IMG/VR virus record: IMGVR_UViG_3300027977_000008
Coordinates: 107,944-171,943 of that record
Length of the DNA: 64,000 bases
Origin: a virus
Reading direction: 5' to 3' (one strand)
Part shown: one piece after another, positions 8,181 to 17,802 of the stretch
How positions within the stretch are numbered: the stretch's first letter is position 1
Layout of the letters: every line of letters starts with the position of its first letter
Notes under the pieces: generated by a model
Databases searched by the model: none
Seen by the model: only the letters and a program-made list of their open reading frames with translations
What the model was told of the DNA's origin: nothing
Translations under genes and position numbers: made by a program

Positions 8181-8363
8181 ATGCGGTACAAGGAAACAAT
8201 CCGCCTAGTCAAAAAAGCACTAGAGCAACCTTGGAAATATTCTGATGCTGAACTCTTGTACATGAGAAAGGCTTTAGATGATGCTACCTTAGGATTAGCA
8301 ACAAAGAAATTTAACAAGAAAAAGAAAAAAGGATTTGGTTATCATGACAGTGCGATTGATTAG
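8181..8363 (+). CDS. Hypothetical protein
   Basis: GGAGG RBS; C-terminal KGFG motif common in cyanophage small proteins. Confidence 0.7.
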   Translation: MRYKETIRLVKKALEQPWKYSDAELLYMRKALDDATLGLATKKFNKKKKKGFGYHDSAID

Positions 8364-8976
8364 TGCGACATCAGATGCAGAAAAAACAATGGCATATATT
8401 GCTAGAGTTTCTAATCCTGCAAATCAAGATAATGAAAACTATACAGGTTTGTTACGTTATTGTATCAAGCACAATCATTGGTCTGTGTTTGAGCACGCTT
8501 TTATGACTTTGGAAATTGAAACGAACCGTGGTATAGCGGCTCAAGTGCTCCGACATAGAAGTTTTACATTCCAAGAATTCTCACAACGTTATGCTGATAC
8601 AAATCTTTTAGCAGAAGAAATACCATTACCAGAACTTCGTAGACAAGATACTAAAAATCGTCAGAATTCTATTGATGATATTGATGAGGAGAAAGTATTC
8701 GTAATGAATAAGATGATTAGAGACCTGTTTAAGGACGCTCAAGACACGTACAACTTTCTTTTGGAACAAGGAGTAGCAAAAGAATGCGCTCGTTTTGTGC
8801 TTCCTTTGGCAGTAAAAACAAAAATTTATATGACTGGATCTGTCAGGTCATGGATTCATTATATTAATCTTCGTTCTGCAAATGGAACTCAGAAGGAGCA
8901 TATGGATATTGCAAATGAGTGTAAAAAAGTATTTGTGGAACAGTTTCCTGCGGTATCCGAATCACTTGAGTGGTGA
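8344..8976 (+). CDS. thyX: Flavin-dependent thymidylate synthase
   Basis: HWSVFEH, RHRSFTFQEFSQRY, ECARFVLP; ATG 8344 preferred as start. Confidence 0.96.
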   Translation: MTVRLISATSDAEKTMAYIARVSNPANQDNENYTGLLRYCIKHNHWSVFEHAFMTLEIETNRGIAAQVLRHRSFTFQEFSQRYADTNLLAEEIPLPELRRQDTKNRQNSIDDIDEEKVFVMNKMIRDLFKDAQDTYNFLLEQGVAKECARFVLPLAVKTKIYMTGSVRSWIHYINLRSANGTQKEHMDIANECKKVFVEQFPAVSESLEW

Positions 8977-10562
8977 TGAAAGTATTAGGAATAAACTTAG
9001 CAAAGAATGGATCTATTGCAATAGTCAATGATGGTAATCTAGAATTTTATCTTGAAGAGGAAAGAGTTACTAGGAAAAAACGTGACGTTGGTGCATATGC
9101 ACTATGTGAAAAGTTTGTTGATAGCACTGTTGATGTTGCAGTTTATTCTGATTGTTTTACGCGATATTCATTTAAAAACAATCTAGAAAGAGTTACTGCT
9201 AGAAAAAAACTAGAACAACTTTTACATTCTAGGGGTGTAAAAGAAGTCTTAGATTTTTCTGATCATCATCATGAGTGTCATGCAGCATCTGCTTTTTATG
9301 GATCTGGATTTGATGATGCCGTTTGTGTTGTGATGGATGGGAAAGGATCTGTAATCCGAAAAAATGGGACTTTATTTTGTGAAACAGAAAGCATTTATAA
9401 CTATGTAAATGGAAAATTTGTTTCACTATTCAAACACTATTCTTGTTTTTATAATCGTGCATTATGTGAAAAAATTGACAAACCTTTTTGGGACGGCAAC
9501 AACTTATTCAGCAATCGAGTAAGTATTGGGCAAGCATTTAGATGTGTTTCTGGATATTGTGGATTTGATGAAATTGAAGCTGGTAAAACCATGGGATTAT
9601 CTTCTTATGGTTCTGGTCCAGTCAATCTTTTCAACGAAGAATACGGACATAGTTTTTGTAGTAAAGATATCTATCCTAGAGATAATACTGGATGGACAAA
9701 ATATTATGGTGAAGAAACTACAAATGAAAATTTAGCATACAATCTACAGAAATCTGCTGAAAAACATGCAATCTATATGATCAAAAAGGCAGTTGAACTT
9801 TCTGGAAAAAAGAATGTTGTAGTTTCTGGTGGGTTTTTTTTGAATTGTGTTTCCAACTATAATGTGTTAAAATCTTTAGACATAAATTTATATGCTGATC
9901 CGCTGTCATATGATGGAGGACATGCATTTGGATCTGCAATGCTAGTTTCTGATAAAAAGACAACTATGAAAACACTATACTTAGGACCAACTTATGATCT
10001 TTCTCACATTGAAGGAAAGGATACTTCGTATAGTGAAGTTGCACGACTAATTTCTGAGAAGAATATTGTTGCAATGTTTCAAGGAAGATCTGAAGCTGGT
10101 CCTAGAGCATTGGGGAACAGATCTATTCTCTATGATCCTAGAGATCCAAATGGAAAAGATCACGTCAACACAATTAAAAAACGTGAGACATTTAGACCTT
10201 TTGCGGGAACAGTTCTAAATGAATATGTTCATGAGTGGTTTGACATGGCAGGTATGGAAGAAAGTCCTTTTATGATGTATGCTGTTGATGCACATCTTGA
10301 TGCTTGGGAACATATTCCTGCAATTCTTCATGTAGATAAAACCTGCAGAATTCAAACGCTAACTAAGGAACAGAATGAACATTACTATAATTTGATTGAA
10401 GCATTTTATGAAAAGACAAGAGTTCCTATTTTATTCAATACATCTTTCAATCTTGCAGGCGAACCACTTGTAGAGACACCAGAAGATGCATTGAAAACTT
10501 TTTATAATAGTGATATCAAGTATCTTTATTTTCCCGAAGTTCAGAAACTTATAATCAAATGA
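8976..10562 (+). CDS. Carbamoyltransferase, NodU/CmcH/TobZ family (two-domain)
   Basis: EEER, HHHECHA, DGKG, GKTMGLSSYG, GGFFLNC, GRSEAGPRALGNRS, FRPFA, NTSFNLAGEP; TGATG overlap with thyX. Confidence 0.93.
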   Translation: MKVLGINLAKNGSIAIVNDGNLEFYLEEERVTRKKRDVGAYALCEKFVDSTVDVAVYSDCFTRYSFKNNLERVTARKKLEQLLHSRGVKEVLDFSDHHHECHAASAFYGSGFDDAVCVVMDGKGSVIRKNGTLFCETESIYNYVNGKFVSLFKHYSCFYNRALCEKIDKPFWDGNNLFSNRVSIGQAFRCVSGYCGFDEIEAGKTMGLSSYGSGPVNLFNEEYGHSFCSKDIYPRDNTGWTKYYGEETTNENLAYNLQKSAEKHAIYMIKKAVELSGKKNVVVSGGFFLNCVSNYNVLKSLDINLYADPLSYDGGHAFGSAMLVSDKKTTMKTLYLGPTYDLSHIEGKDTSYSEVARLISEKNIVAMFQGRSEAGPRALGNRSILYDPRDPNGKDHVNTIKKRETFRPFAGTVLNEYVHEWFDMAGMEESPFMMYAVDAHLDAWEHIPAILHVDKTCRIQTLTKEQNEHYYNLIEAFYEKTRVPILFNTSFNLAGEPLVETPEDALKTFYNSDIKYLYFPEVQKLIIK

Positions 10563-11410
10563 ATATCTTAGGAATAAATCTTTCCAATAATGGATCTATT
10601 TGCTTACTCAAAGATGGGCAAGTAGATTTTTATTTGGAAGCAGAAAGAATTACAAGAAAAAAACTTGATTATATTGTCAAAGATCTTGTAGATTATGTAT
10701 CTGATGTTGATGTGATTGCAACAGTTGATGCTCATTGGGTTGGAGCTGAAAAAAATATGCTTAGCGCAAGAGATATCGCACGGTTCAGACGTGCATTTCC
10801 CAATGCTAAACACGTTGATTACAAGAAGTCTCATCATCTAGCACATGCTGCAGGAGCATTTTATAGTTCTAGATTTGATGAGGCAGTTTGTATTGTAGTT
10901 GATAGTAATGGATCTAGTATCGCAGATAAACTAGAAATTGAAACCATCTTTCATGCAAAGACTGACAACAGATTTCAATGGAAAACTATACATAAAAAAT
11001 ATTGGGATCCACCTGAAAATGGTATAGGAAAACTATTTGAATATGTGTCTAAGTTTTGTGGATTTGGTCGAGATGATGCTGGTAAAGTTATGGGATTGTC
11101 ATCTTACGGATTTAATAAAGTGGATCTAAGTAATCTTGCACTTAAATCAAAAGAAGACGCTGCATATACAATTCAAATTCTTTGGGAAGAACGTGCATTA
11201 GAACTTGCTAATCTTGCAATCAAAAAAACAAAGTGTAAGAACCTTGTATTATCTGGTGGATGTTTCTTGAACTGTGTTGTTAATTACAAACTTCGCAAAC
11301 AATTACCAAAAGATGTTAAAATGTATGTTGAACCAGTTGCACATGATGGTGGAACTTCTATAGGAGCTGCTTACCTTGCCTATTACAATCCCAAAATTAA
11401 AAATTCTTGA
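10559..11410 (+). CDS. Carbamoyltransferase N-terminal (Kae1-like) domain only
   Basis: EAER, HHLAHA, GKVMGLSSYG, GGCFLNC, DGGTSIGAA; ends before the YrdC-like domain; ATGA overlap. Confidence 0.88.
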   Translation: MNILGINLSNNGSICLLKDGQVDFYLEAERITRKKLDYIVKDLVDYVSDVDVIATVDAHWVGAEKNMLSARDIARFRRAFPNAKHVDYKKSHHLAHAAGAFYSSRFDEAVCIVVDSNGSSIADKLEIETIFHAKTDNRFQWKTIHKKYWDPPENGIGKLFEYVSKFCGFGRDDAGKVMGLSSYGFNKVDLSNLALKSKEDAAYTIQILWEERALELANLAIKKTKCKNLVLSGGCFLNCVVNYKLRKQLPKDVKMYVEPVAHDGGTSIGAAYLAYYNPKIKNS

Positions 11411-12182
11411 TATCAGTGCAACGATTGGATGCAATCTAAGTTGTAAAGGATGTAATCATTTCAGTAATTATTTTGCCCCCGGTAGCAAATTAGATACAGA
11501 TAAACTCATTCAAGATATCCACACCATCCTGCCCAGGATAGACGTAGAACGTGTCTCAGTCATTGGCGGGGAACCATTGCTCAATGTACGCTGCCGAGAC
11601 ATCTTACACGCTTGTCTAGAGCATACAGAGACAGTCTATCTGTATACAAATGGCATACTTCTTAATGAAGAAAACCGAGAATGGATTGAAGAAGACTTAG
11701 AAAAATATCCTGGCATGTCTTTACGTGTTAGTATTCATACTCCAGATGTTATTGATAACATCAACAAGGTAAAGAGTAGCAAAGTTTTTGTTACAGAACA
11801 CCATGATGGCAAAGATCGATGGTTCAGTTCTATCAAACAATCTAACGGTAAAGTATACCCTTATGTTCATAATAACATAAAACAAAGTTATGAGTTGTGC
11901 TCTTGTCCCAATACACAACTATTCGATGGTAAACTTTGGAAGTGTCCTAATGCAGCATTTTTAAAAGAACTTCTTTATGTTACTGAACAATTAGAAGAAG
12001 ATTTTTGGAAACCTTTTATTGGTGATGGATTACCAGTTGACTGTAGTGATGAGGATCTGGTAAAATTATGTGATAACTCTAGTAAACCTGAACAAATATG
12101 TAACATGTGTACTGCTAGACCATTGAAGTTTAGCGCAGCATTACAAACCAATAATCATAAAAAGATTATTACAACACAATAA
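11376..12182 (+). CDS. Radical SAM protein with C-terminal Cys cluster
   Basis: CNLSCKGC; GGEPLL; TNG; CSC...LWKCP...ICNMC. Confidence 0.9.
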   Translation: MPITIPKLKILDISATIGCNLSCKGCNHFSNYFAPGSKLDTDKLIQDIHTILPRIDVERVSVIGGEPLLNVRCRDILHACLEHTETVYLYTNGILLNEENREWIEEDLEKYPGMSLRVSIHTPDVIDNINKVKSSKVFVTEHHDGKDRWFSSIKQSNGKVYPYVHNNIKQSYELCSCPNTQLFDGKLWKCPNAAFLKELLYVTEQLEEDFWKPFIGDGLPVDCSDEDLVKLCDNSSKPEQICNMCTARPLKFSAALQTNNHKKIITTQ

Positions 12183-12204
12183 ATATTTACGAATTGAAAT
12201 AATT

Positions 12205-12456
12205 ATGCCCATATATCCTGTAAGACATTTAGAAACTGGGGAAACACAGGAACTTGCTATGTCTATCTCTAATTACGATCAGTGGAGAAAAGACAATCCC
12301 GAATGGGATAAAGATTGGTCTGCTGGTGTCGCTTCTGCTGTGAGTGCTGTAGGTGACGTTTATAGTAGAACTGATGGTGGATGGAATGAAATCCTTCACA
12401 AAGTCAGCAAAATGCCTGGTTCAAAAGTAAAACCTCAAAAAACAACGCACTTCTAA
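12205..12456 (+). CDS. Conserved hypothetical protein upstream of phoH
   Basis: MPIYPV..ETGE; usual position in cyanomyoviruses. Confidence 0.75.
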   Translation: MPIYPVRHLETGETQELAMSISNYDQWRKDNPEWDKDWSAGVASAVSAVGDVYSRTDGGWNEILHKVSKMPGSKVKPQKTTHF

Positions 12457-12457
12457 A

Positions 12458-13213
12458 ATGACCTCAAGGAAAAAAAGAACTCCTTCTCAAGTCGGCGCTG
12501 GCATGTCTGCAAAACAAATATCCAGAAAAAAACCTTTCAATATCGATATGGTGGTTGATATTGAACCACTTACAGAAAATCAAACAAAAGTTTTTGATTC
12601 ATATAAAGAAGATAAAAACTTATTTGTTTATGGTGCAGCAGGTACGGGTAAAACATTTATTACTCTTTACCTTGCATTGAAAGAAGTCCTTAATCCTTTG
12701 ACTCCATACAATCGAGTTGTAATTGTACGATCATTAGTTGCAACTCGTGAAATTGGTTTCCTTCCTGGAGATCATGAAGATAAATCTTCTCTTTACCAAA
12801 TTCCTTATAAGAATATGGTAAAATATATGTTTGAGTTACCCACTGACAATGACTTTGAAATGTTATGGGGTAATCTCAAGACGCAAGAAAGCATAAAGTT
12901 TTGGTCAACATCTTTCATTCGTGGTACTACTCTTGACGATTGTATTGTAATTGTTGACGAATGCCAGAACTTGAATTTTCACGAATTAGATAGTATAATT
13001 ACTAGAGTTGGTGAGAACTGCAAGATTCACTTCTGTGGTGATGCTTCGCAGTCAGATCTTGTCAAAACAAATGAGCGACATGGAATTCTTGATTTCATGA
13101 AGATCATTCACGCAATGCCCGAATTTGATTCTTTTGAATTTGGACCTCAGGATATTGTTAGATCTGGTCTTGTCAAGAGTTACATTCTAAACAAAATTAA
13201 TTTGGGTCTCTGA
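12458..13213 (+). CDS. phoH: PhoH family ATPase
   Basis: GAAGTGKT; IGFLPG; RGTTL; DECQN; TRVG; GD..QSD; DIVRSGLV. Confidence 0.96.
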   Translation: MTSRKKRTPSQVGAGMSAKQISRKKPFNIDMVVDIEPLTENQTKVFDSYKEDKNLFVYGAAGTGKTFITLYLALKEVLNPLTPYNRVVIVRSLVATREIGFLPGDHEDKSSLYQIPYKNMVKYMFELPTDNDFEMLWGNLKTQESIKFWSTSFIRGTTLDDCIVIVDECQNLNFHELDSIITRVGENCKIHFCGDASQSDLVKTNERHGILDFMKIIHAMPEFDSFEFGPQDIVRSGLVKSYILNKINLGL

Positions 13214-13893
13214 TGTTTCAACATGTTGATATTGAGTTTCCCGCACTTAAGCGGGAAACAATTGATGGAGTTCGATATTATGATGTAGAAGGTAGACCGA
13301 TGGTATCTATTACCTCGGTCACCTCGCATTACAACAAAGAAATTTTTGTCAAATGGCGAGCGAAGATTGGTGAAGAAGAAGCAAACCGTATTTCTAAACG
13401 CTCCACAAATCGTGGTACAAAAGTACACACTTGTATAGAAAACTTCCTTTGGAATAAGAACGTTCTAGATACAGATCCTTTGCCAATGATGTTATTTACC
13501 CAGGCAAAAAAAATTCTAGGAAATATAGATAACATTTACGCTCTTGAGAAATCTTTATACAGTAAACATCTGGGTGTTGCTGGTACTGTAGATTGTATTG
13601 CTGAGTACACGGGAGAAAGTGGTGTTCCAGAACTTGCAATCATTGACTTCAAGACTGCAGAAAAACCAAAACCAAGGGCATGGATCGAAAATTATTTTGT
13701 ACAAGCAGCAGCGTATGCTTGCATGTTTTACGAAATGACTAACATCCCAGTAAAGAAACTTGTCATTTTGATGACTTGCGAAAACGGGGAAGTTGAGGTT
13801 TACGAAGAGTATGATAAAAAACAATACATAGAAAAACTAGTTAAATACATTCAAAAATTTGTGGAAGACAAACTAAATGACTACAAAAACTGA
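13213..13893 (+). CDS. PD-(D/E)XK exonuclease (RecB/Cas4-like fold)
   Basis: RGTKVH; AGTVDCIA; IIDFKT; Q..AY. Confidence 0.88.
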   Translation: MFQHVDIEFPALKRETIDGVRYYDVEGRPMVSITSVTSHYNKEIFVKWRAKIGEEEANRISKRSTNRGTKVHTCIENFLWNKNVLDTDPLPMMLFTQAKKILGNIDNIYALEKSLYSKHLGVAGTVDCIAEYTGESGVPELAIIDFKTAEKPKPRAWIENYFVQAAAYACMFYEMTNIPVKKLVILMTCENGEVEVYEEYDKKQYIEKLVKYIQKFVEDKLNDYKN

Positions 13894-14140
13894 AATCAAA
13901 TCTGTCATAAAAAGTAAATTTTTATGTCAAGATAAGTTTACTAATGACATCGAAAACATTGTAAAAGATAATTCTGACATGAATTATATTGAAGCAATTT
14001 GTTTTTATTGTGAACAAAATACGATTGAACTTGAATCGATTATAAAACTTATTTCCAAACCACTAAAAGAAAAACTCAAGTGTAATGCAACTAATCTAAA
14101 TTATTTAAATAGAACTTCTAATGCGAAATTTTTTATCTGA
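13877..14140 (+). CDS. gp33: Late transcription coactivator
   Basis: YIEAI...KLISKPLKEKLK..A..LNYL; T4-like synteny before gp59 and gp32. Confidence 0.85.
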   Translation: MTTKTEIKSVIKSKFLCQDKFTNDIENIVKDNSDMNYIEAICFYCEQNTIELESIIKLISKPLKEKLKCNATNLNYLNRTSNAKFFI

Positions 14141-15171
14141 TGGACAAAGAACTTAAAGCAAAAGTTGATTATGTAAGAGGTTTAAAAGGATTTTGGGTAG
14201 ATAATTTTAAACAGATTACCGTTGAGCAAATTGCAGAATTAGAAAAACAAAGACCCACTACAAGACTTCTTAGTATTCATACAATAAACGGTTGCAATCT
14301 TTCTTGTAGAGGTTGTAATCATAATAGTAGTTTGCTTTCAGGAAAAAGTACTGTAAATATTGATCAACTGATAGAAGATATTGAAAATATTCTTCCTAAA
14401 ATTTATGTTTGGAGCCATGTTAGTATTATTGGTGGAGAACCATTATTAGAACCGAGGACAAAGGAAGTTACAAGAATTGTAAGAGAACTTTGTTACGGTG
14501 AACGTGGATCACAACCATGTAATGTAAAGTTATTCAGCAACGGATCTAGACTTCTTCAGGAAAAGGAATGGATTGCTGATGAGATGTTGAAAGGAGTTAT
14601 TTTTAGACTTACTTTTCATCGTCCACCATATACACAAGCAGGTAAAAAAGATTGGGAGAATGGGTATGAGTTCACTCATTATCTAATTGAACGTGGGGTT
14701 GATATTGACAATAAGTTTGAGTTGAGTGAAGCGTATTTACAACCAGACAACACTCCAAGGGTATGGTTTGATCTAGTAAAGTATGAATTCAATGAAGATG
14801 GATCAGTAAAATATTACCCACATGAAGATGGTAATCCATCTTCTAGTTTTAAACATTGTACTTGTGCTAATTCACAATTATATAATGGACATCTATGGAA
14901 ATGTCCGATGGTAGCATATCTAAGAGAATCTTTAGCAGCAACTGATCAGTTAGAAGATCCTGAATGGCAAAAATATCTTGGATATAAACCAACTAATATC
15001 AATGACACTGAGGAAGCACTTAGAAGTTCATTCAAAGAAGTTGTAGAACCTGGTTGGATCTGTAACATGTGCCCAAGCAGACCAAAAATTGAATATGCTG
15101 CTAAAATACAATTGAAAGGACAGAAGAGGACAGTTGAAATGTTCGATCCTAAAAATTATGAACCCGTTTGA
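14140..15171 (+). CDS. Radical SAM protein, paralog of 11376-12182
   Basis: CNLSCRGC; GGEPLL; SNG; CTC...LWKCP...ICNMCP; inserted between gp33 and gp59. Confidence 0.9.
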   Translation: MDKELKAKVDYVRGLKGFWVDNFKQITVEQIAELEKQRPTTRLLSIHTINGCNLSCRGCNHNSSLLSGKSTVNIDQLIEDIENILPKIYVWSHVSIIGGEPLLEPRTKEVTRIVRELCYGERGSQPCNVKLFSNGSRLLQEKEWIADEMLKGVIFRLTFHRPPYTQAGKKDWENGYEFTHYLIERGVDIDNKFELSEAYLQPDNTPRVWFDLVKYEFNEDGSVKYYPHEDGNPSSSFKHCTCANSQLYNGHLWKCPMVAYLRESLAATDQLEDPEWQKYLGYKPTNINDTEEALRSSFKEVVEPGWICNMCPSRPKIEYAAKIQLKGQKRTVEMFDPKNYEPV

Positions 15172-15760
15172 TACTTATAAACAATATCTTGCATTCAAAC
15201 AACATTTTACTAGAAAAAATTATGATTACTTTAGATATGGTGGTAAGTCTAGAGCAAGTTTGAATTCTTTTTACAAAAGAAAAGACAGATACTTCTTTGA
15301 AAAAATGTCGAGGAAGTATAATGATGATGAGATCAAGTTATTTTTTATTGCTAACTTCGTAGCGTGTGACAATCCAAATTCTTTATGGATTGGTGAGATT
15401 ATTCGATCTGGTGAAAGTGTTTATTCTTCTTGGCAAGGAAGACAGCAAAGTTTGTTTTATCAGTTCAAGCAACACACAGAAGATTTGTTGTCTGAATACA
15501 ACCTAGAAGAACTATTTGATGCTTCAAGGCAACATCCACCAGTTTTAAAAAATTTCTTGAGTGGGAATATTAGCATCGAAACCATTACAATATACGACAA
15601 AATATTCCTGTTTGGCAACAATCTTGATAAGAAATTGACTGACCCAATTTGGGAAGCGATTAGTTTAAAACTAAAAAAGTATGCACCGTTTCTAAATATT
15701 GATGCCGTCAAATACAAACAATATTTGCGGGAACGACTATTGGAGAAGACGCATGGGTAA
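15158..15760 (+). CDS. gp59: Loader of the replicative helicase
   Basis: YLAFKQHF...YDYFRY.GK...FYKRKDRYFFEK; ATG 15158 preferred as start. Confidence 0.9.
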   Translation: MNPFDTYKQYLAFKQHFTRKNYDYFRYGGKSRASLNSFYKRKDRYFFEKMSRKYNDDEIKLFFIANFVACDNPNSLWIGEIIRSGESVYSSWQGRQQSLFYQFKQHTEDLLSEYNLEELFDASRQHPPVLKNFLSGNISIETITIYDKIFLFGNNLDKKLTDPIWEAISLKLKKYAPFLNIDAVKYKQYLRERLLEKTHG

Positions 15761-16085
15761 GTTTTTTCAGTCTGAGATTATCCGTGAAGAGATGGAAGAC
15801 ATCTTTAGAATTCAAAAAGAATTATATGAAGTTATTATTCAGTTTAGTTCGTTTAGTGATAAAGAAAAGAATGAACACATTGAAAAACTAAAGACACTTT
15901 TAGATAAACAAGAAATCATGTGGACAAGACTTTCATTGTCCGATGATCGGGAAGCATTAGAAATGAAAGAAAAAATCAAGATAACATCAGCAGCAATGGG
16001 GTTTAAAGATGTTGATATGTCAATCATCTTCAATAACATGAGAAGAACCTTGGAAGGTTTACAAAAACGCCTTGACACACCCTAA
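15753..16085 (+). CDS. Conserved cyanophage protein (DUF1825-like)
   Basis: MGKFFQSEIIREEM...LLDKQ.IM..RLSLSDD; GGAG RBS before ATG 15753. Confidence 0.75.
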   Translation: MGKFFQSEIIREEMEDIFRIQKELYEVIIQFSSFSDKEKNEHIEKLKTLLDKQEIMWTRLSLSDDREALEMKEKIKITSAAMGFKDVDMSIIFNNMRRTLEGLQKRLDTP

Positions 16086-16100
16086 ATGGTATGTTATAAT
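16072..16100 (+). promoter_or_regulatory. Sigma70 promoter for gp32
   Basis: TTGACA-17 nt-TATAAT, perfect consensus. Confidence 0.85.
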
Positions 16101-16144
16101 ATAACAGGTAATCAATCCACCCAATCTAAAAATACAAAAATCTT

Positions 16145-17059
16145 ATGTCTTTTGCAGATCTAAAAAAACAATCTCGCCTTGGCAGTTTGACTTCTAAACT
16201 GACAACAGAGATTGAAAAAATGAATAAGAGCACCACTGGTGGTGCTGATGATCGTGTATGGAAACCTGAAGTAGATAAAGCAGGCAACGGTTATGCAGTA
16301 ATTCGTTTTCTACCTGCACCACAAGGTGAAGAATTGCCTTGGGGAAAAGTGTGGTCACATGCTTTTCAAGGTCCAGGAGGTTGGTATATTGAGAACAGTC
16401 TGACCACGCTTGGTGGTAAAGATCCTGTTTCGGAGTACAATCGTATTCTTTGGAACAGTGGTAGTGAAGTAGATAAAGAACAAGCACGTAAGCAGAAGCG
16501 TAAACTATCTTACATTAGCAACATCTATGTTGTGAAGGATCCTGCTAATCCCCAGAACGAAGGCAAAGTTTTTCTATTCAAGTTTGGTAAGAAAATCTTT
16601 GATAAGATTACTGCTGCCATGCAACCTGAGTATGAAGATGAGCAAACGATTGATCCGTTTGACTTCTGGCAAGGTGCAAATTTCAAGATGAAAATCAAGA
16701 ACGTTGCTAGTTATCGTAACTACGACAGTTCTGAGTTTGCAAAATCTGAACCACTTCTGGATGATGATGATGCACTTGAAGCAATTTGGAAAAAACAGTA
16801 TTCTCTTGAAGAGTTTACTCGTCCTGATCAGTTCAAGTCCTACGAAGAACTTGAAAAGCGTATGAATATGGTTCTAAATCCTAACGCTTCTAGTCGTCGT
16901 GTTGATCCTGATACGTTCGATGAGGAAGAGCAAGTTGTGATGAAGTCTCGCCAACAAATCAAGGAAGAAGAGCGTGTTGTTAAGTCATCTCCTGCTCCTG
17001 TAGCAGCAGATGATGATGACGATACACTGTCTTACTTCCAGCGACTTGCTGAAGAGTGA
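16145..17059 (+). CDS. gp32: Single-stranded DNA-binding protein
   Basis: DKAGNGYAVIRFLP; WYIENSLTT; FGKKIFDKI; NYDSSEF; acidic tail. Confidence 0.97.
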   Translation: MSFADLKKQSRLGSLTSKLTTEIEKMNKSTTGGADDRVWKPEVDKAGNGYAVIRFLPAPQGEELPWGKVWSHAFQGPGGWYIENSLTTLGGKDPVSEYNRILWNSGSEVDKEQARKQKRKLSYISNIYVVKDPANPQNEGKVFLFKFGKKIFDKITAAMQPEYEDEQTIDPFDFWQGANFKMKIKNVASYRNYDSSEFAKSEPLLDDDDALEAIWKKQYSLEEFTRPDQFKSYEELEKRMNMVLNPNASSRRVDPDTFDEEEQVVMKSRQQIKEEERVVKSSPAPVAADDDDDTLSYFQRLAEE

Positions 17060-17135
17060 TTTCAAAATCAATTTTTGTTTTCAAAAAAGTCAATTAAAAA
17101 ATTCTGGGTAAAAATTTCAAAATATGTTTTTGGAG

Positions 17136-17801
17136 TTATCTTGAGGATAAAATCCTTAAGTTAGCTCCTTTTTTTGTACGTTTATCAATATATTGAGAAC
17201 TATCGGTATAAGTCATGATTTCACGCATATCATCAATTATGGTTTGGATGTAATTTTGTCTCAAAACGTAAATTGTGCGTTTTTCGTCGTTTTTCAAAAC
17301 TTCGTAATCATAGTTACTGACTGAAGTTAGTATATTTGCCCCAGAAAGCACTTTATACGTGCCAAAGTTAGAATACTTAAATTGGAAGTTTGCATCAACA
17401 AATAATCCTGCCTGTAAAAGCAAATTTCCTTCACTATTACGAACTTCTTTGGTTTCATAATGATGAATTTCCTGTAAAAGTTCAGATCCATACTTATTCA
17501 TCAAATAATTGTTTAGATCTGTTTGTGACATTGGCCATTCTTCTCTAACATTGATAATATTGTTAGAAATTAGGATAATCCAGTCTAATTGTGGACTATT
17601 GTATAGTATTCCCGCAACATTATCTGGACGATTATCACCAACAATGGAGTATTTGTCAAATACTATAGCATTTTGAAAAAAATCATCTCTAATTTTAGCA
17701 CGTTTGAAAAGATTTTTTACACGGACATAATCGTAACTGGAATTACGATTGTCTGAAAACGATGGTAATAATAGATCTGGAAATAAGTCAAAATATGCCA
17801 T
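17136..17801 (-). CDS. gp53: Baseplate wedge subunit
   Basis: RPDNVA..LY...LDWIIL..NNI....EWP; IHHYET. Confidence 0.88.
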   Translation of the reverse strand: MAYFDLFPDLLLPSFSDNRNSSYDYVRVKNLFKRAKIRDDFFQNAIVFDKYSIVGDNRPDNVAGILYNSPQLDWIILISNNIINVREEWPMSQTDLNNYLMNKYGSELLQEIHHYETKEVRNSEGNLLLQAGLFVDANFQFKYSNFGTYKVLSGANILTSVSNYDYEVLKNDEKRTIYVLRQNYIQTIIDDMREIMTYTDSSQYIDKRTKKGANLRILSSR

Positions 17802-17802
17802 T

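Noticed and set aside
13213-13893. Cas4 / CRISPR-associated gene
   Set aside because: No Fe-S cysteine set or cas context; this is the usual exonuclease next to phoH in T4-like cyanophages.
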